The position numbers and the translations under genes are program-made. A stretch of 62,429 nt of DNA, counting the filler, from Hausera hauseri (lineage: Eukaryota): assembly GCA_046269625.1 (NCBI GenBank). It is 12 parts of 12 records of this genome, joined end to end, with 100 filler letters (N's around TTAATTAATTAA, not from the genome) between each part and the next. Parts side by side here need not be neighbours in the genome. Positions count along the whole stretch, not along the records: positions 21,808 to 26,898 come from JBJURY010338491.1; positions 26,999 to 34,075 come from JBJURY010039333.1; positions 34,176 to 39,212 come from JBJURY010354598.1; 9 more parts are not named here. The stretch is one strand, 5' to 3'. Positions 24,600-38,381 of this stretch are shown here, piece after piece (the stretch's first letter is position 1; every line of letters starts with the position of its first letter). The notes beneath the pieces were generated by a model. That model ran no database searches and was not told where the DNA came from. It saw nothing but the letters and a program-made list of their open reading frames with translations.

Positions 24600-25200
24600 T
24601 AATAATAAAATAAATCTCGATCTGTAAATTGAGCTATAATTTCTGAGTAGACAAATGCAGGGATTTAATATATATGAAATCAATGTACAGATAAATAAAA
24701 TCCCAAAACAATGCAACTGACTGATTTAAATCTCCGTTTTCCTCGAGGTAAAATTTGTTGAATTATGCACGACAATCAGAAGAAAATCGTAATTATTGAT
24801 CCTAGATACAACTAAAATCCAACTTTCGACGATCAGAGAATAAAGAAATTATTAATCAATTATTGCATATCGCAAAATGCCGTAAATAATAAATCAAAAT
24901 AATACAATACTCACAAAAATGGCAATAGATTTAAAAAAACGTTAAAAATCATAGGAATTACGTAATTAAAAATGGCTTTACAAAAGCAATTAAACACATT
25001 GAGTTAAAGGAAATTCTATTATTCAAACAAACTTTTTTTTGGTAATACATGTTGCACAAAATACATCACGATTAAAAGAAACGATAGGCACTTGTTTACA
25101 AACAGCAATACATGAACAAAGTCAAATAAAGTTCATTATACTAGAAAAAATAGAGACAGAAATTGCAGATTTACAAATAACTTTAATTAGAATAGATCAC
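24600..25200 (-). pseudogene. Possible decayed rhodopsin-family GPCR fragment
   Basis: VICKSAISVSIFSSIMNFI*LCSCIAVCK...CITKKKVV*II resembles TM3-ICL2-TM4, and further hydrophobic segments follow. No intact DRY motif. Confidence 0.25.
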
Positions 25201-26343
25201 ACGAATTTTCGTAGAAATCTAAAGTTCTTTTACAGATATGGATGATGAGAGCACATCGATTTCATTGAGCCAGTGAATCATTGACAGCATGAGATCCGTT
25301 TACCATATTGACGAATTTTATATGTTTTTTTTGCCCTACCTGGTTTCGATAATGAAAGGAGACTTTGCGATATGTTTGCTTTAATTTCTTGATCGTTTAA
25401 ATCCGTATTGGTTTGTTCATTTCATGCCATTGCCCGTTGGAGAAATGAAAATACAATTTTTACCGCACATGTTACATTGCCATGGATTGTTAATATTATA
25501 AAGACCCATGTAGGGGCAATACGTTGTCAGAACCGCAAATAGAATTTTGCAGTGGTTGCATTTATGAAATTTTGACAGAAAATGAATGTCGCAATCAAGG
25601 CCATCTTTTTCAATATCTGGACTATCTGTTGGCCGTATATCTGATTCGTTTTTGATTCTCGTTACGAGATTTGTTGGATTAAGTTGTCAAATGAATTTAT
25701 TTCGTTGTTGCGTTGCAATTTAAAATTTCTGACCAACCAAGAACCGGTACTTTTCCGAGTAGATTTCAGAACTAATTCGAAATGCACAAACGGAATTGGG
25801 TTCGATTGTCATTTGATAACTTTGTGTCGTTGCCTGAACGTTTGAATGCACCTGTTAGGGAATTAAATTCTTAAGGCAGGGAAATCGGATCCGACGCGAC
25901 AGCAACGAAAAACCTAACCGTGCCCAACCAAATGGGCCGGAGGGCAAACGGTCGACGCCGGCACCACAATTACACGCACTATTAATTTCAATATTGAACC
26001 CCATACTGGCGTGTTTGTATATGAGCGTACAAACAGCCCCTAGTGATTGTAGACATTTTTATTTTTATCTGGTTTATACTACCACATCCACTGAACATTT
26101 TTGATCTATTCTGGCTCCCAAGTTCGCTGCTTTTATTGCTGAACAAATTCGTGTATTCTTTAATGGGAATTATCGTTTTCTGAAGTTGTTCTTTCAGTTT
26201 ATCATACTCATTACGTAATTTTTTTACTTTCCCCTGTCGCTTTTCTTACTCATGGACATTGAGCTTTTTCAAAAGGTTATTGAATCTATTCTTTATTTCA
26301 ACCGCTCGAGTTTCACCCATGGCTTGGCGAATTTGTTCGGTTC

Positions 26344-26531
26344 GATTCTTAGATTCGTCAACATTAGCTGTGACTGGATGAGAAGCTTGATACACATCCA
26401 AGGTTGCTTACCTGGAACTATCCGATTATTCAATAGATTCTTGGATTCGTCAACATTAGCTGTGACTGGCCGAGAAGCTTGTTACACATCCAAGGTTGCT
26501 TGTCTGAGACTATGCGATTATTCAATAGATT
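26344..26531. repeat. 92-bp tandem duplication
   Basis: GATTCTT(A/G)GATTCGTCAACATTAGCTGTGACTGG...CGATTATTCAATA units start at 26344 and 26436. Confidence 0.9.
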
Positions 26532-26639
26532 TAGTAATAAAAACTTTTTTGCATTGGATTCATAGATAGAACTTTTGGGACCTTCGCTTCTCTATTTAAT
26601 CGTAGAGCTTATTTTCTCATTTGAGGTAAATGGTGGTGG

Positions 26640-26898
26640 CGCCCGAGTGCGGCACCACACTAACCCTCGTAGCAGAAGTGAAACAATAGAAAAAAGCGAA
26701 AGACATGAAAACGTAGAAGGAATAGTTTTATAAGTTATTGCGTCTTTGTATGGATAAGACGTTGAATCTTATCGATATTTTGTTCTCTGCTGTATTTGCT
26801 GAAAGTGATTGTCTTGTGTTTTTTACCATGTTGTTTGATTGTTTGCTGAGTTGGTTGGTAGGAAGTTAAATTTTGATTTGACGTGTCAGCAGCTTGAG
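26640..26898 (-). mobile_element. 3' end of a Mag-like pol with putative PPT/LTR boundary
   Basis: KTITFSKYSREQNIDKIQRLIHTKTQ* matches KTVTFRKYSKEKNIEVIQRLVHTKTE* at ~5490-5575. It is followed by GAGGGTTAG and TGTGGTGCC (putative LTR start at 26659). Confidence 0.5.
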
Positions 26899-26999
26899 NN
26901 NNNNNNNNNNNNNNNNNNNNNNNNNNNNNNNNNNNNNNNNNNTTAATTAATTAANNNNNNNNNNNNNNNNNNNNNNNNNNNNNNNNNNNNNNNNNNNNT

Positions 27000-29900
27000 G
27001 GGTTACACATCAGTTCTGTCTCTTTAAATCCATCTACACAATACTCAACAATGATTAAATTAACGTCTCAAAATCCATCTACACTGAGCATCATGACTGA
27101 GTCATCAAAGGCGACAGTTGTTAGTTCAGACACACCCATTGGTACCGGTTCTTTGAATGCATCGACGCAATCATCAACAAATAGTAAACAAACAACTATA
27201 AATCCATCTACAGTGAACATGATGAGTGAATCATCAAAGACGATAATTCCTAGTTCAGAGACACCAATTAGTACCATCTCTCTGAATCAGTCAACACAAT
27301 CATCAACAAATCCATCTACACTGAGCATGATGACTGAGTCATCAAAGGCGACAATTGCTAGTTCAGACACACCCATTGGTACCGGTTCTTTGAATGCATT
27401 GACGCAATCATCAACAAATAGTAGACTAACATCCATAAATCCGTCTACAGTGAACATGATGACTGAATCATCAAAAGAGACAATTGCTAGTTCTGGGTTA
27501 CACATCAGTTCTGTCTCTTTAAATCCATCTACACAATACTCAACAATGATTAAATTAACGTCTCAAAATCAATCTACACTGAGCATGATGACTGAGTCAT
27601 CAAAGGCGACAGTTGCTAGTTCAGACACACCCATTGGTACCGGCTCTTTGAATCCATCGACACAATCATCTACAATTAGTAAACTGACATCCATAAATCC
27701 ATCTACAGTGTACATGATGAGTGAATCATCAAAGACGATAATTCCTAGTTCAGAGACACCCATTAGTACTATCTCTCTGAATCATTCAACACAATCATCA
27801 ACAAATCCATCTACACTGAGCATGATGAATGAATCATCAAATGCGACATTTGGTAGTTCTGAGGCACCCATTAATACTGTCTACTTGAATCAATCTACAC
27901 AAAAGTCAACAATCAGTAAAGTGATATCCTTGACTCCATCAACATTAAGCAGGACAAATGAGTTATCAAAGACGACAATTGGTAGTTCAGGAACACCCAT
28001 TAGTGCTGTCCCTTTAAATCCGTCTACTCAATATTCGACAGTTAGTAAATTAACGTCCCTAAATCCATCTACAATAAATCCAGCAATTAGTAGTACTGAC
28101 ACACATATTAGTACTGTCTCTTTGAATCAGTCAACGCAATCATCAAATAGTAAACTAACATCTATAAATCCATCTACACCGAACATGATGACTGAAACAT
28201 CAAAGGCGGCAATTGGTAGTTCTGAGACACCCATTGGAAATGTCTCTTTGAATCCATCTACACGGTACTCAACAGTTAGCAAAGTAACATCTCTGAATCC
28301 ATCGAAACTAAGCAGGATGACTGAATTATCAAAAACGACAATTGCTAGTTCACAGACACCCATTGGTACCGGCTCTTTGAATCCATCAACACAATTGTCT
28401 ATAATTAGTAAACTATCATCCATAAATTCATCTTCACTGATCGTGAAGAATGAATCATCAAAGGCAACAACTGGTAGTTCTGAGACACTTATTGGCACTG
28501 TCTCTTTGAATGCATCTACGCAATATTCAACATTTACTAAACTGGCATCCATAAATCCATCTACCCTGAGCAGGATTAGTGAATCATCAAAGGGGATAAT
28601 TGGCAGTTCTGAAAGACTCAGTAATTCTGTCTCTTTGAATCAATCAACGCAGTTTCCTTCGAAATCATACTCAAGATCCTTAATTTTCAGTGGAGACATA
28701 TCCATCCATTCTTCAACAGCTTCGGGTATGATTGGTACGTCGGTCACAATTCTCGATAGTAATTCAAATTCGACGCAAATTGATATGGGTCTTTCGACAG
28801 CCAACAGCTCATTGTCACAATCTCCAATGACTCTGTTAACTGGGGCGACAATCAAAAGTACTACTATATCAACTAATATGACTTTAGGTTCATCAACTCT
28901 GTCTTCTACATCAACACTTCCAAATACCGGTACATCAGAGACTATCAGAAATTCTTCGTTGTCAACTCCATCTGCAGCATCTACAATTCGATCCAGTAGC
29001 GCTTCCTTTCAACATTCTTCCATTACTGGAATGACTGGATTATCGGATACGACTGTCCGTAGTTCGTCAACATCGACAAAGATGGATTCGGGATCCTCAA
29101 CTCCATTTATTGCATCAATAGTTTCAAATAACGACACAGCGGTTCAACATTCTTCATCTACTGAAATGAGTAGATTATCGAATACGATAATCCGTAGTTC
29201 TTCAATATCAACAAATAATATTTTAGGATTTTCAACTCCATCTACTGTATCGATACTTCCAAATAACGGCACATCAGTCCAATACTCTTCTTCTGGAATG
29301 AGTAGATTCCCGTATACAACAATCCGTATTTCTCCATTTTCAAGAAATACTGTTTCTGAATCTTCAATTCCATCTTCTGCATCAACACATCCCAGCAATG
29401 GCACATTAGTCCAACATTCGTCACCTTCTGGATTGACTGGATTATCGGATACGATAATCCGTAGTTCTTCAATATCGACAAATATTGTTTCAGGATCTTC
29501 TACGCTACCAGCCGGCTCGACATTTCAAAATATTGGCACGTCGGTCAAACATTCTTCACCCACTGGAATGAGTGGATTAACGGATACGATTATCCGTAAT
29601 TCTACAATATCAGCAAATATTGCTTCTGAATTGTCATTTCCATCTTCAGCATTGACACTTCACGGCAATGGCACATCAGTCCAATATTCTGCATCTTCTG
29701 GATTAACTGGATTATCGGATACAACTATTCAGAGTTCGTCAACATCAACAACGATAGTTTCGGGGTCTTCAACTTCACTTATTGCATCGACAGTTTCAGA
29801 TAACGGTACGTCGGTCCAATATTCTTCAACAACTGGAATGACTGGATTATCAAATACGATTTTTCACAGTTCTCCTATATCAAAAAATATTGATTCAGGA

Positions 29901-32900
29901 TATACAGCTCTATCTACGGCATCAACACTTGCAAGTAATGTCACATCGGTTCAACATTCTACATCAGCTGTAATGGATGAATTATCCCATACGATTATCC
30001 GTAGTTCTCCAGTATCAATAAATATAATTTCTGAGTCTTCAACTCCATCTGCTGAATCGACACTTCCTAATAACGGTACGTCGGTCCATCATTCTTCACC
30101 TACTGGAATGAGTATACTATCGGATGAAACTATCCGTAGTTCTTCAATATCAACAAGTATTGTTTCAGAATATTCATCTCTTTCGTCTGCGGCGATGCTT
30201 GCAAATAACGGTTCATCGGTCCAGAATTCTCCATCAACTGAATTGATTGGATTATCCTATAAGACTATACGTAGTTCTCCAATATCAACAAAAATGGTTT
30301 CTGGATCGTCAACTCTTTTTACTGCATCGACACTTCCAAATAACAGTACGTCCGTCCAACATTCTTTATCGCTTGGATTAACTGAATTATCAACTCCATC
30401 AGCTAAATCGGCACTCCCAAGTAATAGCACATCGCGCCAATATTCTTCTTTTACCCGAATGACTGAATTATTGGATACGACTATCCGTAGTTCTCAAAAA
30501 TCAACAAATGATGTCTCATTTTCATCGACGCTTCTAAATAACGGTACATCGGTCCAACATTTTTCATCTAAAACTACTGGATTATCGGATACGCCTATCC
30601 GTAGTCCTCCACTATCAACAAATACGGTTTCAGAATTATCCATTCCATATGAAAAATCGGTTATTTCAAGTTTAGGCACAACAGAACATTTTTCTACACC
30701 TAATGTAGTGACTGGATCATTCAATGTGACTATCAGTCGTTCTCCAATATCCACAGAAATTCTTTCTGAGTACTCAAGTCCATCCTCAAAATCGACCATA
30801 CTGAATAACTTTACATCGGTTGAACACTCTACACCCACCAGAATGACGGGATTATCAGATTCGACCATCCGTGGTTCTTCCATATCAACGGATATAGCTT
30901 TTGGACCTTCATCTCCTGTTGCTCAATCGACTATTTCGAATAACGGTACTTCGGTTCAGTATTCTTCGCCTACTGAAATGACTGGTTCATCAGATACGAA
31001 TATTCGCACTTCTCCACTATCAGTAGATATTACTTCTGGATCTTTATCTCTATATTCTAAATCATCAATTTTACTTAATGGCACATCAGAACGTTTTTCT
31101 ACTCACGCTGGATTATCGGATTCGACTATTCGCAGTTCTGCAATATCAACGGATTTAAATGCTGGATCTTCAACTCTGTTTTCTAAATTGACTGTAACAA
31201 ACAACAATACATCGAAACATCCTTTAAATATAACCTTTATTACGGAACCGGCGAAAATGACGCATAGTAACATTCCGACATCATCAAATAACGCAAATGA
31301 TTCTACGAGTACTTCTTCGACCTTGATGAAATCCACTCTTTTTAGTAACGTTCCATCTAAACATGACTTGGATACAACTTTTGTAACTCAGTCGTCAAAA
31401 TCGACTTATAATAGTACTCTTACATCAGATCATGACATATATCTGTTCACGGAGAAATCTTTATTTAACCAGACGAAGTTGACTACACTGGACTATGTTT
31501 CATCAGTTGAACTTCCTGGCACGGTTCCTGTAACAAATGCGTCTAAAGCCGCTATAAATACTATACAAACGACATCACATACGGGTAATGGTTCTTTAAG
31601 TGCATCTTTATCATTCTCATCGACGACGACAATTTTGAATAACATTACATCCATTGAGTCCTTAAACAGAACTCTTCCCAGCGGTTCGTCAAAATCAGCT
31701 AATCGTAGTCTTCCGACTTCAACCCATACGGCATATGTTACGACGGAATCTTCATCAAAAGAGACTACATGGACTAGGCTGACTAATTTTACATCTGTTT
31801 ATCCTTTAAATGAAACTACTTTTATAGAAACGTCTAAATTGATTAATTATAGTAGATCTACACCGTCCATTATGGGGAATGGTTCTTTAAGTACTTCTGA
31901 ATCGATCTTTGCCAAATCGACAGTACCAAATAACGTAAAGTCAGTTCATTCTTCAATCCTGACACGTGAAAGTGAGTCAACGAAATCAACTAACGATACA
32001 TTAGTAATACCGTCACATATGGATAATATTTCTTTCAGTTCACCTATATCGTATTTTTCAAAATCGTCTATTACGAGTAATATTGCATCAACTGAATCAT
32101 CCGAACCGGCTGACAGTAGTACTCTAACAGAGGCACCAAAGGTGTATGGAACGTCGATATCCGCACCAAACCAGACACCAAGTATTATATTGAGTAGTAT
32201 TGCATCAGTTCATCCTTTAACCAACACCGCTGAAACACGATCTTCCAATATGACTAAAGACAGTACATATACTCCATCAAATCTAGTTAATGTGTCATCT
32301 AGTAGTCCTTTATCGACATTCTTGAAATCGACTATGTTGCATAACGTTACATCCTTTCAGCCATCAACCTTGACACTTACTACTGAATCGTCCAAATTGA
32401 CTGAGCATATTTCTCTGCCTTCGGCACATAATACATATTGGTCCACGATGGAATCCTTCTCCAACCAGACGAAATGGACTACAAATGGTAATACTACATC
32501 ATTACATGCAATGAACACCACCCACGTTACAAAGTCATCTAAAGGAACCAACTTTAGATCTCTCCTACATTCCCATGTGTCTAATAATTCATCACATGCA
32601 TATACATCAATTTTATTCAAATCGAGTATTCTGAGCAACAGTACACCCAGTCAGTCTTCAAATACAATGCTTCCTTTTGGATGGTCAAAACCACTTAACA
32701 GTAGTACTATAACATCATCAAATAAGGGTTTTGGGTCTACGATAGAATTTGTACCTATCCCAACACAACAGACTACTGTTAATAGCGGTACATCAGTTAA
32801 TCCCTCAACATTGTCTCGTGTATTGGAGTTGTCAGTAACAACCAACAATACTACAATAACACCCTCACAAAAGATAAATGGTTCATCAATTTTATCTGCA

Positions 32901-34075
32901 TCAACTATTTGGATTAATATGACATCCATTCATCCGTCATACACTACTCTTCTAACTGGATCGTCAAAGTTGGCTAACCGTAGTACTCTCACTTCCGCAC
33001 AAAGGAGAAATACCACGACAGCATTAATACCGATCGTGACTAAGTGGACTAGTCAGAGTAATGTAGCATCAGATCATTATTTACCTACATTATTTACAAA
33101 ATCGTCGAAGACATTTAATGGTAGCATTTCAATGACATCATATATGGAAAATGGTTCTTCAAGTACTTCTGAATCGTACTTTCCAACGTCTACTGTTCGG
33201 AGTGATATTACCTCAAGTTTCACTTCAAAAACGTCTCTATCAACTGGATTGCCAAAATCAACTAACCATAGTATTCTTACTTCAACGCATAAAGATTATT
33301 TTACTACTCCATTTTCATCAAGCCATACGAACTTGACTATTCCTAGTAACATTACATCATTCTCTTCTCCAAAGACCAGTGCTCAAATACAGTCATCGAA
33401 ACCAGTTACTGAAAGTTCTGTAACACCTTTAATTATGAACAATGATTCTTCGAGTGTTTCCTCGTCATACTCCTCAACTTCCAGCATTTTGAGAAACATT
33501 TCAACGATTCATTCTTTGCAAACAACTCGTCTAACTGGTTCGTCAAACCCGGTTAGACATACTACTTTAACATCAACTCATGTGGGTCATGGTTATACAA
33601 CATCATCTGCTTCAAACGAATCAAAACGGACTATTTTGAGTAACTTTACATCAGGTCATTTCGTTAACACTACGTTTGTAACTCAATCACCGGAATCGAC
33701 AAACGGTATCGTATATACATCTTTTATTGCAGATGGTGGTTCTTTAAGTACATCTGAATCAAATTTACCCAAATCGACTCTCTTGAGTACAGTTGCATCC
33801 AGTGAGCCATCAAACATGACACTTCTAACGAGGTCATCAAAATCGGATATCTATAGCTTCCTGACTTCAGCAAGTAGGGTATTTTCTACGACGACATCTT
33901 CATCAAGACAAACAAAATGGACAATTCCGATTAACGTAACATATGTCCACCATTCCAACACGGCGTATATATCAGAGTCGTCGAAAGTGACACGTGGTAA
34001 TACTTCTACACTTTCATATGTTAGTAATCATATATCTAATACACCTGTATTTAACTTTTCTAAATCGACTCTCTC
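27000..34075 (+). CDS. Very large Ser/Thr-rich mucin-like repetitive protein, open at both contig ends
   Basis: Single uninterrupted frame of ~2358 codons across the whole contig. Diverged ~40-46-aa repeats; no Cys seen in the translation; many NxS/T sequons. Near-identical 495-bp higher-order repeat at 26999/27494. Confidence 0.85.
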
Positions 34076-34727
34076 NNNNNNNNNNNNNNNNNNNNNNNNN
34101 NNNNNNNNNNNNNNNNNNNTTAATTAATTAANNNNNNNNNNNNNNNNNNNNNNNNNNNNNNNNNNNNNNNNNNNNCATTTAAAAGTTGTGCAATTTGCAA
34201 TTGCAACTACACCTACTAGTTCATCAGGATATACACCATTTGAACTAATGTACGGAAGAAAACCACTACTCCCAATGGACATTCAGTTATTACCAGAAAG
34301 GGAAATACCTGAAGTTCAGTCTGATGAAGAAATACATGAAAGCGTTGTAAACAGTTTAGCAAATTGCTGGAAGAAAGCTAAACAAGCTATCAAACAGTAT
34401 AAACAAGATTACCAAGAATATTATAATAAAAAAGCTAAACCGCATACATTCCAACCAGGTGATAAAGTAATGGTACATTACCCAGTAGCAAAACCAGGAA
34501 AATCGTTGAAATTAACACGTACAGGTAAAGGACCCTATTTAGTAGTAAAAGTCACCCCTGAAAACATATTTATTGAAAAGGGCACTGGTAGAAAGACCAG
34601 AATCGAATGTGTATCAGCTCAAAGAGTTACAAAAGGACCAAAGGAACCAAAAGCTAAGGAAGAACCTCGATACTCGTTACGATCATTGAAACAACCAATT
34701 TTAAAACCGGCTTGTAGTTTAGAACAG

Positions 34728-35760
34728 TTATTTCTTATAATCATGATTTTCGGTTTAATATTATCCACCACGGCACAAACCTTAATAACAGACCCTGTAA
34801 TTACAAATCTAGAATTACGAGTGAAAATTTCTTGGCAGAATTCAGTAGATTCAGTAAATGGATTATTCGTAGGAGAATCGAAATATAAAGAAATCACTCA
34901 ATTAATCCTATCACCAGAAATTAATGATGCAATTTGGTTGTCAACCAAACGCTGTTCAATCCCCTTGTTAAACGAAATTTGCCTTATAGATCTCTACTTC
35001 CTAACAACTGAAATGCTACTGAAACCAAAGCAGAAAATCCTGCCTATAGCAAGACAGGTATATGTGGAAAAAATTGGCTCTACCTTTCTCTTCATTCAAG
35101 AAAAAGACCATGAACCTAAGCTGATAGACAAAGTCATGATAAAAAGGCCTACCTTGACTGATGACGTCGATTTGCAAATAACGTATTATTTCCCTAGACT
35201 ATTCAAACATAAGTCTGGCGAAAAAGCCCTGAATTTCCATATTCACATGTCATTATTGCAATTCTTCCAATTAAGACAAACAACTAGAACGACCATAACT
35301 ACTTTACCAACTTCTAGTAATAAACAAATTACTTCTTCCAAAATAGGCAAAATACCTGAAGTAATAATCATCCCCTCGGATTCATACATTGAGTTTAAAA
35401 CTTTGCAACTAGTAAATGAGCCAATATCTATAACCTGTGTAGGCAAATATCATAATATATACGCTATCATAAAAAGTATGAACGAATGACCAGATGTAAT
35501 GACCTCCAACCTGACGAAGAGTACTTGATTGTTTTTACCCAAAACTATGCAAAGACCAGACACCAAACTATTAGAACTCAAACAAGAACTCAAAAATACT
35601 TGATGCATGAGGAATTTCCAGCTTATATACCAATACAGTCAACTATTAATTCCAATATCCAGTCTAGTATGCTAAAAACCTTAGTACCTTCCATAGTAAT
35701 AATATTCCTCCTACTGTCCATATCCACACCTTTTGTAATAATCGAATTAAAAAGATTCTC
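34728..35760 (+). CDS. Pol-fused membrane protein: signal peptide, ectodomain with FN3-like domain, TM
   Basis: LFLIIMIFGLILSTTA|Q signal (34728-34775); ISITC..Y....RCNDLQPDEEYLIVF (FN3 LxPxxxY tyrosine corner); TM LVPSIVIIFLLLSISTPFVII followed by KRFSKKR. Confidence 0.6.
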
Positions 35761-37012
35761 TAAAAAACGAGCCATTTTAAATAAGACCCTATTACTGACA
35801 ACTAATTTAATATGTATAATGAGTTTTGATGTGGAGTGGACGGTTGGCGTCAAAGGGAATAAAAAATTCAACCTAATACATAAGTACAAAAAATTACATA
35901 CAAAACGATCATATAGACTAACATACTTACAAAAAGTAGAAGATTCATACACACATGGCAGCACGTTACATCAAAGACCAATAAAACTCGACTATAGAAA
36001 GTTGAGTCCCACACATATTCAAAAGCTATGTAAAGCTAATCAAACCATTCAGAATTCTTTTCAACAACCACAAAACATGAAAACAGATCATTTTGACCCG
36101 AATTTCTCACCAGAAGACAGCGCCAGTTCAGATGATTCAACTGAGACAGTAATCATCAACCCCAAACGAAAGGTTGTATTACCAGAAAAAGAACTAACCA
36201 CAGTTCTTCAACGTCCAAATCCGCCGCCACACGATACAACGAAGTTTACATTCCACAACCCTTTACAAACCGGACTCTCAAGAGGTATTCTATCTTCAGT
36301 AGTAATTCAGAGAAAGGATCCCACTAAGAATCAATCGCAAAAATTTACCACGGATATCAGACGTAAATCATTTACAATGGATGATTTACCACAAAACAAA
36401 AAATCAAAATTATGTGATTAATTAATCGAAAATTTAGAACAATCGGAGCGAGACAGAATAGATAAAAGGCCATGGAGCGAACTGTATAGTAAATTTGTCA
36501 AAATATACCAACCAGGAAGAAATCTTTTCCCGTCTAAATTCTACGCTAGAATACAAGAATTGGCCGAAACATCTTCAGACATTCTATACCCAGAATGTAG
36601 GTACATCGATAATACGCTGAAAACTACTACAATCAATGAAAGATCGTTCAGAATATTGCGTATTGAAACACCTTCAATGAATGTTAATCTTAATACTATG
36701 CTCCATCTAGACCAGCAATTTGAGAAAGTATTATTGCATGTTGCACAAGGGAAAGTGCAATTCAAAGCGGATGTCGATATGTACGATGAGTTACAATTAC
36801 AAAATTCCTTGTTAACCTCCAAGATGACGATGCGTATAAAGTCCACAGCCTTTCAAACAAAGATATTAATGCGTATATTATCAGCACCACTAATCATGGG
36901 AATAGAAATTTGTCAACCATTGGATACTCAATTAGGTTACCAACCTCCAATATTTTACCAAGTACCAAAAGAACCGAATATTTACAACTATCGGCTAACA
37001 AAAGCCAATAAC

Positions 37013-37470
37013 TTTCGATATTTGGCCGTTTCACTCGCGTATGCACCAAACGGTGATCCAGTTCCTATAGAAGTGATTATAGCGGATCAAGCCAAGTTAA
37101 TCATATACCACGCATTTATTAATCCGAGAAGAAAAGTGTCAAACACTAATGAACACCACCACGGATTATCAATGGCCCTAATTCAGCAAGCCGAGGACGA
37201 AGAGATAGTTCGATCAGAAGTTATCAAGTTTCTATACGGGTATATCGTAATTAGTGCTAACACCAGCACAATACTAAAGATACTCCGTATACCCTCTACT
37301 TTTGTCTATGGTGTAATGGATATATTATCCACGTCAAATACAAAAGCTCGCTTTGCCGAGGCCAAGATTAAGCCCAACTTAACCCAATTACCCAAAATGT
37401 ACAACCTATCATACGAATTTCCTAAAGCAGCTGAACCGATTCTGCAAGCTGTTATCGACATATATAATCA
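37013..37470 (+). CDS. DEDDh (REX4/ISG20/DnaQ-like) exonuclease-fold domain, probably inactive
   Basis: YLAVSLA...EVIIAD...IYHAFINPRRKVSNTNEHHHGLSMALIQQAEDEEIVRSEVIKFLYGYIVISAN...LKILRI follows the DEDDh pattern. ExoI DxE, ExoII D and ExoIII H/D positions appear substituted. Confidence 0.6.
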
Positions 37471-38381
37471 ACTATTAAATAGTTGTACTAACGAAAAATG
37501 GGAATGGGATTGAATTCCCCCGGACAATAATCTAATTAGCGATGAAGGTTTCATGAGGATATACAAGAAGTACCATCCAGATTACCAATATGAAGATCTA
37601 AGAAAGACAGACGTAGCTAATCCAAGCTCGTCCTATGAACACCTAATACAGCAAATGAAAACCAACACACCAGAAATGCTAAAAACAGCAATCACCGATT
37701 CACTGGAACTATCAATATTGCTATACGGAGCAATTCAACTGACTATTAACGTCTACTTTAAACAACAGTCTTTAACAATTATGAATCAATATCAGCAAGT
37801 CCAGCCTAACCCCAGGCTTGGAACTATGATTGGAATGGTTTACAGGCATTCCACACAGAATACCTTACATCTAGTGATGGTTGGGGCCCATCTTGAGACT
37901 ATCAAAAGTCTCAATCACACACCGGTATTGGTACATCAACCAATACCTATGCAGTTGGACCAGATACCCATCCCTAAACCAAGGGGTGCGAAGACTATCA
38001 ATTTGAAAGGAACAAGCCGAGAAAAACTCAAGATGTTACTGTACCGAAAGGATGATCAGTTTTTGTTGGAAAATCTTTATAATATACAGAAGACAATTCA
38101 GAAGGACGAAGAAGTACCTAAAGACTCTTTAACAATTCAATTGTGATTTTGCTTAACTTTCTATCATGATATTTTAGCTTATTTTTCCTTCTTTACTTAA
38201 TGTATGACTTCTACTATTTTTATATGCTTTTGCACTCTGTATTTTTATTGACATTATTACGATTTCACTTTGTCTTTCGCTACATCAAATACATCATCGC
38301 GCTTTGTACGCTGTATATTATTATGCTACAGTTGTCGAATAATTAAATAACGATCTAATTTTGTGACCAAAATTTTTTTAC

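Noticed and set aside
27068-33336. Many short antisense or alternative-frame ORFs within the mucin
   Set aside because: They are shadows of the repetitive sense ORF.
27000-35489. Mucin ORF fused to integrase; likewise Rep next to Gypsy (21708) and the two FN3 elements facing each other (39213)
   Set aside because: Each adjacency crosses a linker.
35478-35492. ATGA stop/start overlap as programmed translational coupling
   Set aside because: It falls inside the FN3-like domain, which is contiguous in the second copy, so an indel is more likely.
34188-38146. Alternative genetic code or programmed read-through to explain in-frame stops
   Set aside because: TAA, TAG and TGA all occur together with frameshifts across the elements, and host genes read normally in the standard code. 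Ordinary decay is sufficient.
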